Positions 10,118 through 20,917 are shown, counted from the first letter of the stretch. The stretch: DNA of 64,000 nt from an uncultured Actinomycetota bacterium (GCA_963695705.1 CAVOHB010000001.1:87324-151323); one strand, 5' to 3'. Numbers and translations: made by a program. Notes: generated from the sequence alone by a model not told the origin.

Positions 10118-10467
10118 CAACCCTCCAGCACGACGACGGCGGAGGCGATCCCGGCATCGTGGGACAGCGAGACGTGCACCGATGCGGCTCCGAGCGCGGC
10201 TGCCCGCTCCGCCACCGTGCCGGTCATCGACAGCCTCGGCCTGCCCTCGGTGTCCGTACGCACCTCGGCATCCACCCAGCGCAGCCCCGACGGCGCGCCG
10301 AGCGCCTTCGCCAGCGCCTCCTTGGCCGCGAACCGGGCGGCCAGTGACGCGATGGGTCGCCCGCGCTCCAGCTCCGTGAACAGCCGCGCCCGCAGTCCGG
10401 GGGTCCGGGTCAGCGTCTGCTCGAAGCGAGCGACGTCGACGACGTTGATGCCCACCGCGATGATCAC
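10117..10467 (-). CDS. acpS: holo-[acyl-carrier-protein] synthase
   Basis: 116 aa, [17 protein letters not shown] ... [15 protein letters not shown] family size and motifs. Confidence 0.92.
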   Translation of the reverse strand: MIIAVGINVVDVARFEQTLTRTPGLRARLFTELERGRPIASLAARFAAKEALAKALGAPSGLRWVDAEVRTDTEGRPRLSMTGTVAERAAALGAASVHVSLSHDAGIASAVVVLEG

Positions 10468-10610
10468 CGGAGCCGCGCGCCCGGTCGGGCGTCACGGGCG
10501 GTGCCCTGCCGGGCCGCCCGGGCGGGATTCCCGACATAGCCCTCGGTGCCGCACATCGGGCCAGGGTACCGAGCCGGCGCCCGGCAGTCCGGCGACGCCA
10601 CAATGGCCTG

Positions 10611-11573
10611 ATGCTGCAGACCGGGAGCGGAGGTGACGAGCCGTCGCCGTTCGTGGAACTGGACCGGGCCGCCTGGGCCTCCCTCGCCGGGTCGACGCCG
10701 CTCCCCCTGTCGGCCGACGAGGTGGAGCGGCTGCGCGGACTCGGCGACGAGCTCGACCTCGACGAGGTCCGCGAGGTCTATCTGCCGCTGTCCCGGCTGC
10801 TGAGCATGTACGTCCGGCACACCGGAGATCTGCATCGGGAGACGCAAGCCTTCCTGGCCCGGCCGCAGCCGGAACGAACCCCTTTCGTCATCGGGATCGC
10901 CGGGTCGGTGGCGGTGGGGAAGTCGACCACCGCACGCCTGCTGCGCGAGCTGCTCGCCCGCTGGCCGGCCCACCCGCGCGTCGCGCTGGTGACGACCGAC
11001 GGATTCCTCTACCCGAACGCCGAGCTGCGCCGTCGCGGACTACTGGAGCGGAAGGGGTTTCCGGAGTCCTACGACCGGGAGGCGCTGCTGCGGTTCGTCA
11101 TCGAGGTGAAGTCCGGGCGTGCGGAGGTGACCGCGCCGACCTACTCCCACCTGCACTACGACGTGCTGACCGACCGGAGGCTGACGCTGCGGCGGCCCGA
11201 CATCCTGCTCCTCGAAGGCCTCAACGTGCTGCAGCCAGCGGTGAGCCGGCCCGATCGCCGCTCGGGCCTGACGGTCAGCGACTTCTTCGACTTCAGCATC
11301 TACGTCGATGCGGAGACCGACGACATCAAGCAGTGGTACGTCGCCCGCTTCCTACGACTGCGCGAGACGGCGTTCCGCGACCCGGAGTCTTACTTCTCCA
11401 CGTTCGCCCGGCTGACGCAACGCCAGGCGGTGACGACCGCGGTGGAGATCTGGGACACGATCAACGGCCCCAACCTGACGGCGAACATCCTGCCCACCCG
11501 GGGCCGGGCGACGCTGGTGTTGCGCAAGGACGCGGACCACTCGGTTCGGTACGTGCGGCTGCGCAAGGTGTAG
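10611..11573 (+). CDS. coaA: type I pantothenate kinase
   Basis: 320 aa with P-loop [24 protein letters not shown] and YLPLSRLL, collinear with CoaA. Confidence 0.93.
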   Translation: MLQTGSGGDEPSPFVELDRAAWASLAGSTPLPLSADEVERLRGLGDELDLDEVREVYLPLSRLLSMYVRHTGDLHRETQAFLARPQPERTPFVIGIAGSVAVGKSTTARLLRELLARWPAHPRVALVTTDGFLYPNAELRRRGLLERKGFPESYDREALLRFVIEVKSGRAEVTAPTYSHLHYDVLTDRRLTLRRPDILLLEGLNVLQPAVSRPDRRSGLTVSDFFDFSIYVDAETDDIKQWYVARFLRLRETAFRDPESYFSTFARLTQRQAVTTAVEIWDTINGPNLTANILPTRGRATLVLRKDADHSVRYVRLRKV

Positions 11574-11642
11574 CGCCCACCCCGTCCGGGCGGCGAGGAA
11601 AATGGGACGCGCCGCACTTGGCTCCGCCCCTACAGTCGTCGC

Positions 11643-12644
11643 ATGGACATCCGGCCGATCGACGTCTTCGACGACGAGCAGTTCGAGCGTTGGCACGCGG
11701 TCGGCGCGGCGGCTCTGAGCCACGGGCGCGAGCACGCGACCGTCTGGACCCTACCCGAGGCGAAGATCCTGTTCCGGCGTCCGTTCCCGGGGCACACCAA
11801 CCTTGCCTCCGCGGCGTTCGACGGTCCGACGATGGTCGGCGCGGCCACGATCTTCGTACCGCAGCTCGACAACACCGGCCTGGTGGAACCGGACGTCTAC
11901 GTCCCACCGGAGCACCGGCGGCGTGGCGTCGGGTCGGCGCTGGTCGTGGAGGTGGTGCGTCGCGCCGAGGAGCTCGGCCGCAAGACGTTGGTGTCGTCGG
12001 TCGCAGTCCCCCTCGACAGCGACGTGGTGAACCATCCCTATGTCCGGTTCGCGACCAAGCACGGCTTCAGCAACGCGCTGATGGATGTGCACCGGGTCCT
12101 CGACCTCCCCGTCGCCGATGAGCTGCTGGACGACCTGGAACGCCGGGCCGCGCCGCATCACCGCGACTACCGCCTCGTCGAGTGGGTGGGCGCCTGTCCT
12201 GAGGGGTACGCCGAGTCATTCGTCAGCATCTTCAGCTCGCTGATGGCCGAGGCCCCCACCGGCGACATCGACTGGGAGGCGGAGAACTACGACGTCGCCC
12301 GGCTGCGCACCGAAGAGGCGCGCCGCATCGAGCAGCGCCGCCAGACCTACGTCTGCGCGGCGCTGGCGGGGGACGAGATCGTCGCGTACACCCTGCTGGC
12401 CGTACCCGGCTACGACCCGGGGAACGTCTTCCAGTGGGGCACGCTGGTCCGGCCCGCCCATCGCGGACGCCGGCTCGGCATGGCGGTCAAGGTCCGCGCG
12501 CTGCGGGCGATGCAGCGGGCCAACCCGGACCGGAGGGTCGTGCACACCTGGAATGCCGAGGTCAACACCCATATGGTCGCGGTCAACGACGCGCTCGGCT
12601 TCCGGCCGGTCGAGTACCTGGCGGAGTTCCAGCGCAAGCTGTGA
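11643..12644 (+). CDS. GNAT family N-acetyltransferase (two-lobed, ~333 aa)
   Basis: Contains HRRRGVGSALV and HRGRRLGMAVK GNAT motif-A-like segments in its two halves. Confidence 0.75.
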   Translation: MDIRPIDVFDDEQFERWHAVGAAALSHGREHATVWTLPEAKILFRRPFPGHTNLASAAFDGPTMVGAATIFVPQLDNTGLVEPDVYVPPEHRRRGVGSALVVEVVRRAEELGRKTLVSSVAVPLDSDVVNHPYVRFATKHGFSNALMDVHRVLDLPVADELLDDLERRAAPHHRDYRLVEWVGACPEGYAESFVSIFSSLMAEAPTGDIDWEAENYDVARLRTEEARRIEQRRQTYVCAALAGDEIVAYTLLAVPGYDPGNVFQWGTLVRPAHRGRRLGMAVKVRALRAMQRANPDRRVVHTWNAEVNTHMVAVNDALGFRPVEYLAEFQRKL

Positions 12645-12669
12645 GTGTTGAGCGCCGCGGCGCCTCCGC

Positions 12670-14016
12670 CTACAACGCGAGCGCCTTGGCGACGACCGCG
12701 GCCAGGTCCTCGGCGACCTCGCGGGCCCGGTCGGGTGTCGAGGCCTCGACCATCACGCGCACGACCGGCTCGGTGCCGGAGGCCCGTAGCAGCACCCGAC
12801 CGGAGTCACCGAGCACCGCTTCTGCATCCTCCAGGGCGGCACGGACCGAGGGGTCGTCGTCGACCCGCAGCATGTCGACACCCGACACGTTCACCAGCAC
12901 CTGAGGCAGGGAGGTCATCACGGCGGCGAGCTCTGAGACTGGCGCGCCGGTCACTGCCATCCGGGCCAGCAGCTGCAGCGCGGTCAGCACGCCGTCGCCG
13001 GTGGTCGCGTGGTCGAGCATCACCACGTGGCCCGACTGCTCGCCGCCCAACGAGAGCCCGTTGGCCTTCATGTCCTCGAGCACGTAGCGGTCCCCGACCT
13101 TCGTCTGCCGAACGGCGATCCGCTCTCGCCGCATCGCGTGCAGGAAGCCGAGGTTGCTCATCACGGTGCCGACGACCGTCTCGTCGACCAGCGTGCCGGC
13201 GTCGCGCATCGATACGGCCAGGATGGCCAGGATCTGGTCACCGTCGACCATGTTCGCGTCGGCGTCGACGGCGAGGCAGCGGTCGGCGTCACCGTCGAGC
13301 GCGAAGCCGATGTCCGCCCGGTGCGCGACGACGGCGCGCTGCAGGCCGGCCGGATGGGTCGAGCCGCACGACTCGTTGATGTTGAGGCCGTCCGGCTCGG
13401 CGTGGATCGCTACGACCTCCGCCCCGGCCCCCCGCAGGGCCAGCACGGCCGCCTGGTGGGCGGCGCCGTTGGCACAGTCCACGACGACCTTGAGCCCGCG
13501 CAACGGCACCGAGATCGTGCCGAGGAGATGGTCCACGTACTGCCCGAGCGCGGCGTCGAAGTCGCTTATCCGGCCCACGCCTGAACCGATCGGCCGCTCC
13601 CACGGTTCGCGCAGCCGCAGCTCGATCAGGTCCTCGATCTCGTCGTCGAGCTTGTTGCCGCCACGAGCGAAGAACTTGATCCCGTTGTCCGGCATCGGGT
13701 TGTGGGACGCGGACAGCATCACCCCGATGTCGGCACCGAGACGGCCAGTCAGGAAGGCCACCGCGGGGGTCGGGAGCACGCCGAGCCGGAGCACGTCCAC
13801 GCCGGCGCTGGCCAGACCGGAGACCACGGCGGCCTCGAGGAACTCGCCCGAGGCGCGGGGATCGCGGCCGACCACCGCGACGGGCCGGTGCCCCTTGAAG
13901 ACGCCCTCCTCACCGAGGACGTGTGCAGCCGCCACCGAGAGGTCGAGCGCGAGCTCGGCGGTCAGGTCGCGGTTCGCGACTCCGCGCACGCCATCGGTGC
14001 CGAAGAGCCGGCCCAC
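12670..14016 (-). CDS. glmM: phosphoglucosamine mutase
   Basis: 448 aa with [15 protein letters not shown] and the phosphoserine loop [15 protein letters not shown]. It follows rpsI after 14 nt. Confidence 0.96.
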   Translation of the reverse strand: MGRLFGTDGVRGVANRDLTAELALDLSVAAAHVLGEEGVFKGHRPVAVVGRDPRASGEFLEAAVVSGLASAGVDVLRLGVLPTPAVAFLTGRLGADIGVMLSASHNPMPDNGIKFFARGGNKLDDEIEDLIELRLREPWERPIGSGVGRISDFDAALGQYVDHLLGTISVPLRGLKVVVDCANGAAHQAAVLALRGAGAEVVAIHAEPDGLNINESCGSTHPAGLQRAVVAHRADIGFALDGDADRCLAVDADANMVDGDQILAILAVSMRDAGTLVDETVVGTVMSNLGFLHAMRRERIAVRQTKVGDRYVLEDMKANGLSLGGEQSGHVVMLDHATTGDGVLTALQLLARMAVTGAPVSELAAVMTSLPQVLVNVSGVDMLRVDDDPSVRAALEDAEAVLGDSGRVLLRASGTEPVVRVMVEASTPDRAREVAEDLAAVVAKALAL

Positions 14017-14030
14017 CGATCAGGCCAGGA

Positions 14031-14552
14031 TCAACGTTTGGAGAACTGCGGAGCCTTGCGAGCCTTCTTCAGGCCGGCCTTCTTGCGCTCCTTGATCCGG
14101 GCGTCCCGGGTCAGCATGCCGGCCCGCTTGAGTGTCGGCCGGTTGGCCTCGACGTCGATCTCGTTGAGGGCACGTGACACACCCAGGCGTAGCGCACCGG
14201 CCTGTCCGGTGATGCCGCCACCGTGGATGTGCGCGATCACGTCGAAGCGGTCGACCAGGTCGGTGAGCACGAAGGGCTCGTTGACGATCTGCTGGTGCAC
14301 CTTGTTGGGGAAGTATCCGTCGAGCTCGCGGCCGTTGACCGTCCACTTGCCGGTGCCGGGCGCGATGCGGACCCGAGCCACGGCTTCCTTGCGCCGGCCG
14401 GTCGCCGCCGCCGGTGCGATGGTGGCCGGGCGTGGCGGCATGTCCGCGTCGGGACTGCTCTCGGAGCTGTAGGCGACCGTGCTGGACTCTGTCGGGTCCA
14501 CGCCCGCGATGTCGGTGGTCTCAGTGGTGGTCTCAGTGGTGGTCTCAGCCAC
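14031..14552 (-). CDS. rpsI: 30S ribosomal protein S9 with repeat-containing N-terminal extension
   Basis: 173 aa with a GTG start. The core [12 protein letters not shown] ... [12 protein letters not shown] is canonical S9. Confidence 0.93.
   Translation of the reverse strand: MAETTTETTTETTDIAGVDPTESSTVAYSSESSPDADMPPRPATIAPAAATGRRKEAVARVRIAPGTGKWTVNGRELDGYFPNKVHQQIVNEPFVLTDLVDRFDVIAHIHGGGITGQAGALRLGVSRALNEIDVEANRPTLKRAGMLTRDARIKERKKAGLKKARKAPQFSKR
14514..14549 (-). repeat. 3 x 12-nt tandem repeat at the 5' end of rpsI
   Basis: ggtggtctcagt x3 on the plus strand, which encodes [11 protein letters not shown] at codons 3-13. Confidence 0.9.
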
Positions 14553-14630
14553 GGATGGTCCTCACGTTGACAGGCAGGTTTCGATCGCGCGGACCTGCCG
14601 GGCGACTCGTCGGCTGGCTTCCCGGTCGCC

Positions 14631-15074
14631 TCACTGGGCGACCTGGGAGATCTCGAACGGTTTGGGCTGTTGCGCCTGATGGGGATGGTCGGGACCGGCG
14701 TACACCTTGAGCTTCTTCAGCGTCTGACGGCTCAGCCGGTTCTTGGGCAGCATGCCCCAGACCGCCTTCTCGATCGCCTTGCGGGGACGCTTGGCGAGCA
14801 GCTCGCCGATCGGTGTCGCCGACAGGCCACCGGGGTAGCCGGAGTGGTGGTAGGCCATCTTCGCGTCACGCTTGTTGCCCGACAGGGCCACCTTGCTCGC
14901 GTTGACGATGATCACGAAGTCGCCGGTGTCGATGTGCGGGGCGTACGTCGGCTTGTGCTTTCCCCGGAGCAGCGTCGCCGCCTGGACGGCGAGCCGGCCC
15001 AGAACGACGTCGGTGGCGTCGATGACGTGCCACTCACGCTGGATGTCGCCGGCCTTCGGGGTGTACGTGCGCAC
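14631..15074 (-). CDS. rplM: 50S ribosomal protein L13
   Basis: 147 aa with a GTG start, [20 protein letters not shown], canonical L13. Confidence 0.96.
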   Translation of the reverse strand: MRTYTPKAGDIQREWHVIDATDVVLGRLAVQAATLLRGKHKPTYAPHIDTGDFVIIVNASKVALSGNKRDAKMAYHHSGYPGGLSATPIGELLAKRPRKAIEKAVWGMLPKNRLSRQTLKKLKVYAGPDHPHQAQQPKPFEISQVAQ

Positions 15075-15214
15075 GGACGTGAACCTTCGTTCGCTCGGAG
15101 ATCGGTCAGTTGGCCCCGGCTTCGGGACTGTCGGCGATGACTGCGCGGATTCGCCCTCCAGCGAGAATCACCGGGGCAGGAGGAGTGCCGCACCGACATA
15201 CACAACGACCGCCC

Positions 15215-15244
15215 AGAATACCCGGCGCGAGGGGTGAGGGTCAA
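15215..15244 (-). promoter_or_regulatory. predicted rplM-rpsI promoter (-35 TTGACC, 18 nt, -10 TATTCT)
   Basis: Minus strand reads TTTTGACCCTC...TATTCT. The same extended -35 is seen at the rpsL promoter. Hexamer match only. Confidence 0.45.
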
Positions 15245-15463
15245 AATGCCGCCCCCCACGCGGGCATCTTGACGCGAGCCAACGGGAATGCCCCCCGGAT
15301 TGGCGAGGGGCCAACGCAAGCCCTAGGTTGTTGGTGAACACATTGCGTGAACCCGCGCGTGCGATCAGACTGCCATCTGTTGGGGCCTTCGAACGTCGAC
15401 CCGGCACCTCGGCGACGACCCAGGAGTCCCGACGGCCTGCGACGCCTTGCGAGGAGAGCACAC

Positions 15464-16783
<1,320 letters not shown>

Positions 16784-16892
16784 GGGGCGCGGGTCGCGGG
16801 TCGCGAGTCGCCGGCCGCGGGTTGACGGTCGGCGTCCAGCGGCCAAGGGTCTAGCCGCGCGCGGCTGGGGCTGCCTCGATGCAGGCAAACGG

Positions 16893-18575
16893 TTAGCGCG
16901 GGCGGACGACTCGGCCTTCGTCCCACACCGGCTCGGTCGACTCGTAGACCGAGCCGTCGGCGCCGAAAACCAGGTAGCGGTCGAACCCCCGGGCAAACCA
17001 GCGGTCGTGCGTGACCGCCAGCACCGTTCCCTCGAACGTGTCGAGTCCGTCCTCCAGCGCCTCCGCCGACTCGACATCGAGGTTGTCCGTCGGCTCGTCG
17101 AGAAGCAGTAGCCGCGCACCGGAAAGCTCGAGCAGCAGGATCTGGAACCTTGCCTGCTGCCCGCCGGACAGCGAGTCGAACCGCTGCTCGGCGGCGTAGG
17201 CGAGCTCGTATCGGTCGAGCGTCCGGGACGCTTCCTCACGAGGCATCCCGCTGCGGTGTTCGTCCCCACGATGCAGGATCTCGAGCAGTGTCCGACCGCT
17301 CAGCTCGGGGTGCGAGTGGGTCTGCACGAACCAGCCCGGGCGTACTCTCGCCCCCAGGCGGGCCCGGCCGGTGTGCCGCACCGGCTCCACAGGACTGTCG
17401 TCGACCGGCCGGTGCTCGACATCGGGATCGCTGCCGCCGGCGGCCAGCAGCCGCAGGAAGTGTGACTTGCCCGACCCGTTGGATCCGAGTACCGCGACCC
17501 GTTCCCCGAACCACACCTCCAGGTCGAAGGGCTTCATCAACCCGGTGAGCTCGAGTTGCTCACAGATCACCGCGCGCTTGCCGGTGCGCCCCCCTCGTAG
17601 CCGCATCTTGACGTTCTGCTCACGAGGCTGGTTCTCGGGTGGTCCGGCATCCTCGAATCGCCGCAGCCTGGTCTGCGCCGCCTGGTACCGGCTGGCCATG
17701 CCGTCGTTGTAGGCCGCCTTCTGCTTGTACATCAGTACCAGTGCTTTGAGCTTGGCGTGCTCTTCGTCCCAGCGGCGGCGCATCTCTTCCAGCCGCGCGA
17801 ACCTGTCGCGACGGGCCTGGTGATAGGTCGCGAACCCGCCGGGATGCACCCAGGCGGTATTGCCGGCGGCCCCGAGCTCGATCGTCACGACTCGGGTGGC
17901 TGTGTTCGCCAGCAGAGCCCGGTCGTGCGAGACGAACAGGACGGTCTTGGGTGATTCGCCCATCCGCTCCTCGAGCCACCGTTTTCCCGGCACGTCGAGG
18001 AAGTTGTCGGGCTCGTCCAGCAACAGCACCTCGTCCGGTCCACGCAAGAGCGCCTCCAGCACGATCCGCTTCTGCTCACCACCGGACAGTGTGGAGATCT
18101 GGCGCCATTTCGCCTTGTCGTACGACACACCCAGCGCGGTTGTGCAGCAGACGTCCCAGAGGACCTCGATCGTGTAGCCACCGGCGTCAGCCCACTCCGA
18201 GAGTGCGGCGGCGTATCGCATTTGCGTCTTCTCGTCGTCGCGCTCCATCATCTCCAGCTCGGCGGAGTCGACCATCTCGGCGGCTGACCGCACTCTCGGT
18301 GGGGCGACGGACAGCAGCAGCTCCCGAACGGTCCAATCCTCGTGCCCCTGATTCACCATCTGACGCATGATCCCCAGCCCGCCACTGCGGGTGATGGCGC
18401 CACCGTGCGACTGGAGGTCCCCGGTAATGATTCTCAGCAGCGAAGTCTTGCCGGCCCCGTTCGCGCCGACGAGCGCAACCTTGGCACCCTCCCCGACCCG
18501 GAAGGAGATGTCGTCGAGCAGCACACGACCATCGGGAAGCTCGAACCGGATACCGGAAACCTCTACGTGACCCAC
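16893..18575 (-). CDS. ABC-F family ATPase (two ABC domains, no TM)
   Basis: 560 aa with Walker A GANGAGKTS and GSNGSGKSH, signatures LSGGEQKR and LSGGQQAR, and an Arg/Lys-rich interdomain linker. Confidence 0.9.
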   Translation of the reverse strand: MGHVEVSGIRFELPDGRVLLDDISFRVGEGAKVALVGANGAGKTSLLRIITGDLQSHGGAITRSGGLGIMRQMVNQGHEDWTVRELLLSVAPPRVRSAAEMVDSAELEMMERDDEKTQMRYAAALSEWADAGGYTIEVLWDVCCTTALGVSYDKAKWRQISTLSGGEQKRIVLEALLRGPDEVLLLDEPDNFLDVPGKRWLEERMGESPKTVLFVSHDRALLANTATRVVTIELGAAGNTAWVHPGGFATYHQARRDRFARLEEMRRRWDEEHAKLKALVLMYKQKAAYNDGMASRYQAAQTRLRRFEDAGPPENQPREQNVKMRLRGGRTGKRAVICEQLELTGLMKPFDLEVWFGERVAVLGSNGSGKSHFLRLLAAGGSDPDVEHRPVDDSPVEPVRHTGRARLGARVRPGWFVQTHSHPELSGRTLLEILHRGDEHRSGMPREEASRTLDRYELAYAAEQRFDSLSGGQQARFQILLLELSGARLLLLDEPTDNLDVESAEALEDGLDTFEGTVLAVTHDRWFARGFDRYLVFGADGSVYESTEPVWDEGRVVRPR

Positions 18576-18714
18576 AGCGCACCAGTGTGACGGGTCATGT
18601 CTGGTCCGGCGAGTCCTTTTGCCTCCGACTGCTGTCCGTGCGGCGGGATCAGCGGGGCGCTAGTCGCGGGTCAGCTGCGACCAAATCCTGCCTCTGCCGC
18701 CAGTTGCTCCGATC

Positions 18715-18754
18715 TTCCTTTGACCTGCCCGAGATATCGGGCAGGTCAAAGGAA
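18715..18754. repeat. perfect 17-bp-stem inverted repeat with 6-nt loop (candidate operator or RNA hairpin)
   Basis: TTCCTTTGACCTGCCCG-agatat-CGGGCAGGTCAAAGGAA, centred in the 311-nt divergent intergenic region. Confidence 0.9.
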
Positions 18755-18886
18755 AGTGGTAGGCCGCCCGTTGCGACGCATTGGAAGGGCGCGGCGGGCG
18801 CCATCCACAAGGCGGTTGCTCCCCAACACATCCACAGGCGGCGGCGGCCGGTCGGCGGCCGGACACGCGCTTCGCATACTGCCCGT

Positions 18887-19447
18887 ATGGATCTGGCCCT
18901 TTGGTTCGGGCACGTGCTGCGTTTCGCGAGACGTGACATCGACATGAGTCAACGCGAGCTCGCGCGCTGGTCAGGCGTTCCCAAGTCCACCATCGCCGAT
19001 ATCGAGGCCGAGCATTCCAACGTGTCTCTTCTCACCGCTTTCAGATTGCTCTCCACGATGGGCTACCGGCTCGTCGTCCACGACCCGCTGGGCAAGCCGG
19101 TGGAGGAGTTCTACCAGGAATGGCGCCGCAACTGCGTCGGCCGACGTCTGCCCGCGCACCTCGACATGATGCCCAAACCGGATGACGTGGTGGCCTTCGA
19201 GGCGAAGATCCGACAGATGATGCGCCAGCCGCCTCCAACCAGGTGGACGTTCCACCTCAACCGGGATCGCCGGGATCTGCATCGTGTTCTCGGATATCAC
19301 GGAGAGCTCGGCGGTTTTCCCAGGCCCCCGTCAGTGCCGCTGATGTTTCCCTTGTGGAGCCTGGTCAAGCAGAGTCGGTGGCTGTCCGCAGTAGCGGATC
19401 CGTTCATTTGCGGCCATCCGACCTGGGGCCCGGAAATGGATCCATAG
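18887..19447 (+). CDS. XRE-family helix-turn-helix protein with uncharacterised C-terminal domain
   Basis: 186 aa from MDLALWFGHVLRFARRDIDMSQRELARWSGVPKSTIADIEAEHSNVSL (HTH_3-like). It has a TAG stop and atypical codon usage. The 300 nt upstream in frame are non-coding-like. Confidence 0.75.
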   Translation: MDLALWFGHVLRFARRDIDMSQRELARWSGVPKSTIADIEAEHSNVSLLTAFRLLSTMGYRLVVHDPLGKPVEEFYQEWRRNCVGRRLPAHLDMMPKPDDVVAFEAKIRQMMRQPPPTRWTFHLNRDRRDLHRVLGYHGELGGFPRPPSVPLMFPLWSLVKQSRWLSAVADPFICGHPTWGPEMDP

Positions 19448-19490
19448 ACGTCCGGGCAGAAATCGCGGGCAATTCTGCGTTCCCTGCGCG

Positions 19491-20096
19491 CTACGCGCCC
19501 TGTGTGATCTGCAGGACTCGGAAACCCTTGGCCGATCCGACGCGAGCACACGCATACCCCTGCTGCACCAGCCATCGCTGAAGCGAGTCAGCACCGAGGT
19601 TCTTCCCCACCACGAGGACGGCCCGGCCTGATAACGACATCCGGGGCAGCCACCTCAGCAGAAGCGTGTGCAAGGCGGGCTTGCCGATCCGGATGGGAGG
19701 GTTGGACCAGATCTCGTCGAATCTCACCTCGGTCGGAACCGCATCCGGGACGGCAGCGGTGAACCGGTCTGCCACGCCGATCCCGGCCGCGTTCTCCGCC
19801 GCCAGCTGCAGCGCTCGCTCGTTGACGTCCACGGCCCACACCTGCGCCGAGGGCGCCGCCGACGCGAGCGCGCATCCGATCACGCCATATCCGGTGCCGA
19901 GGTCAAGCAGGTGGCGGGCCTCGGCACTCGGCCCAGATGTCTCCCGAAACAGGACCGACGTCCCGACATCGACCCGGCCATGAGCGAACACGCCGCTGGC
20001 CGAGACCAGGGACAGGTTGCTTCCCCAGACGGAGACGTCAACCGTCGTGCGGGTGAACGATGACTGCGGCGATGCCGAGAAGTAGTGGTCGTTCAT
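19491..20096 (-). CDS. class I SAM-dependent methyltransferase, RsmC/RlmG-like small-domain type
   Basis: 201 aa with motif I ([11 protein letters not shown]) and motif IV (WSNPPIRIG). The ATG overlaps the truA stop (ATGA at 20093-20096). Confidence 0.8.
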   Translation of the reverse strand: MNDHYFSASPQSSFTRTTVDVSVWGSNLSLVSASGVFAHGRVDVGTSVLFRETSGPSAEARHLLDLGTGYGVIGCALASAAPSAQVWAVDVNERALQLAAENAAGIGVADRFTAAVPDAVPTEVRFDEIWSNPPIRIGKPALHTLLLRWLPRMSLSGRAVLVVGKNLGADSLQRWLVQQGYACARVGSAKGFRVLQITQGA

Positions 20097-20917
20097 GACA
20101 GAGTCCGTACTCGTCTCGCTCTTCCATCCTGGGCTGCAAGCTCGTTGTCAGACGGATAGGTGACTTCTTCCAGCGTGAGGGCGTGCGGCCGCGATACCCA
20201 CACCTCCGGTTGTCTGGTGCGGCCGGCCAGAATGTGTGCCGGCCAGCCGACGGGCCGTTTCCCTTCGCCGACAGCGATCAAGGATCCGACCAGGGACCTC
20301 ACCATGTTGTGACAGAAGGCATCCGCCACGACGCGCGCGACGACCAGGCGATCCCGTGTCCACTCAAGCTCCAGCAGTGTTCGGACGGTCGTGGAACCTT
20401 CGCGCCGCCGGCAGAACGCCGCGAAGTCGTGCTCGCCGAGCAGCAGCGCGGCCGCCGTGTTCATGGCCTCGACGTCGAGACGCCGTGGCCAGGCAAGCAC
20501 CTCACGGCGACGCAGGGGGTCGATCAATGCTCGGTCGTCACAGATCCGGTACGCGTACCGCCTGGACAGCGCCGAGAACCGGGCATCGAATCCCGGCGGC
20601 GCAACCGCAATCGCCCGGACGCGCACATCGACGGGCAAGACGCCCGCCATTCGGCGGAGCAGCGATTCAATAGCCGGTCCGGCCAGGTCCGCCACGTCCT
20701 GCTCGGGAACCCCCGCCGGCACGTCGACGTGACAGACCTGGCCCCGGGCGTGGACGCCTGCGTCGGTGCGGCCGGCGACCACCGTTGACACCGACTCGAG
20801 TCGCAGCACCTGACACAGCGCAGCCTCGACCGTCTGCTGCACGGTTCGCCGGCCCGGCTGCAGAGCCCAGCCGGAGAACTCGGTTCCGTCGTAGGCGATG
20901 TCCAGCCGTAGTCGCAC
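20093..20917 (-). CDS. truA: tRNA pseudouridine(38-40) synthase TruA
   Basis: GTG at 20915-20917 after [26 protein letters not shown] and the catalytic GRTDAGVHA are present. The upstream part of ORF 20093..21595 is a same-strand shadow of the rplQ tail. Confidence 0.88.
   Translation of the reverse strand: MRLRLDIAYDGTEFSGWALQPGRRTVQQTVEAALCQVLRLESVSTVVAGRTDAGVHARGQVCHVDVPAGVPEQDVADLAGPAIESLLRRMAGVLPVDVRVRAIAVAPPGFDARFSALSRRYAYRICDDRALIDPLRRREVLAWPRRLDVEAMNTAAALLLGEHDFAAFCRRREGSTTVRTLLELEWTRDRLVVARVVADAFCHNMVRSLVGSLIAVGEGKRPVGWPAHILAGRTRQPEVWVSRPHALTLEEVTYPSDNELAAQDGRARRVRTLS

Noticed and set aside
14573-14599. Hairpin GGCAGGT-N13-ACCTGCC in the rplM-rpsI spacer, sharing the ACCTGCC core of the 18715/8343 palindromes.
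   Set aside because: Only a 7-nt core is shared and the stem is short with a large loop. This is compatible with chance in a 70% GC genome.
15247-15310. Two C6 runs (15252-15257 and 15291-15296) upstream of rplM raised the idea of a 6C-type sRNA with C-rich loops.
   Set aside because: Only the first run can be placed in a decent hairpin loop (ATGCCGC-ccccac-GCgGGCAT). The second has at most 3-4 bp of stem. The region lies upstream of the predicted rplM TSS, and I cannot run a covariance model.
18576-18886. Ribosome-mediated attenuation leader for the ABC-F gene, as seen for antibiotic-resistance ABC-Fs, using the 17-bp hairpin as terminator.
   Set aside because: There is no U-tract after the hairpin on the minus strand. 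There is no leader peptide ORF with a Shine-Dalgarno sequence: the only small ORF, MTRHTGALWVT at about 18564-18599, has no RBS. The ABC-F interdomain linker also looks housekeeping-length.
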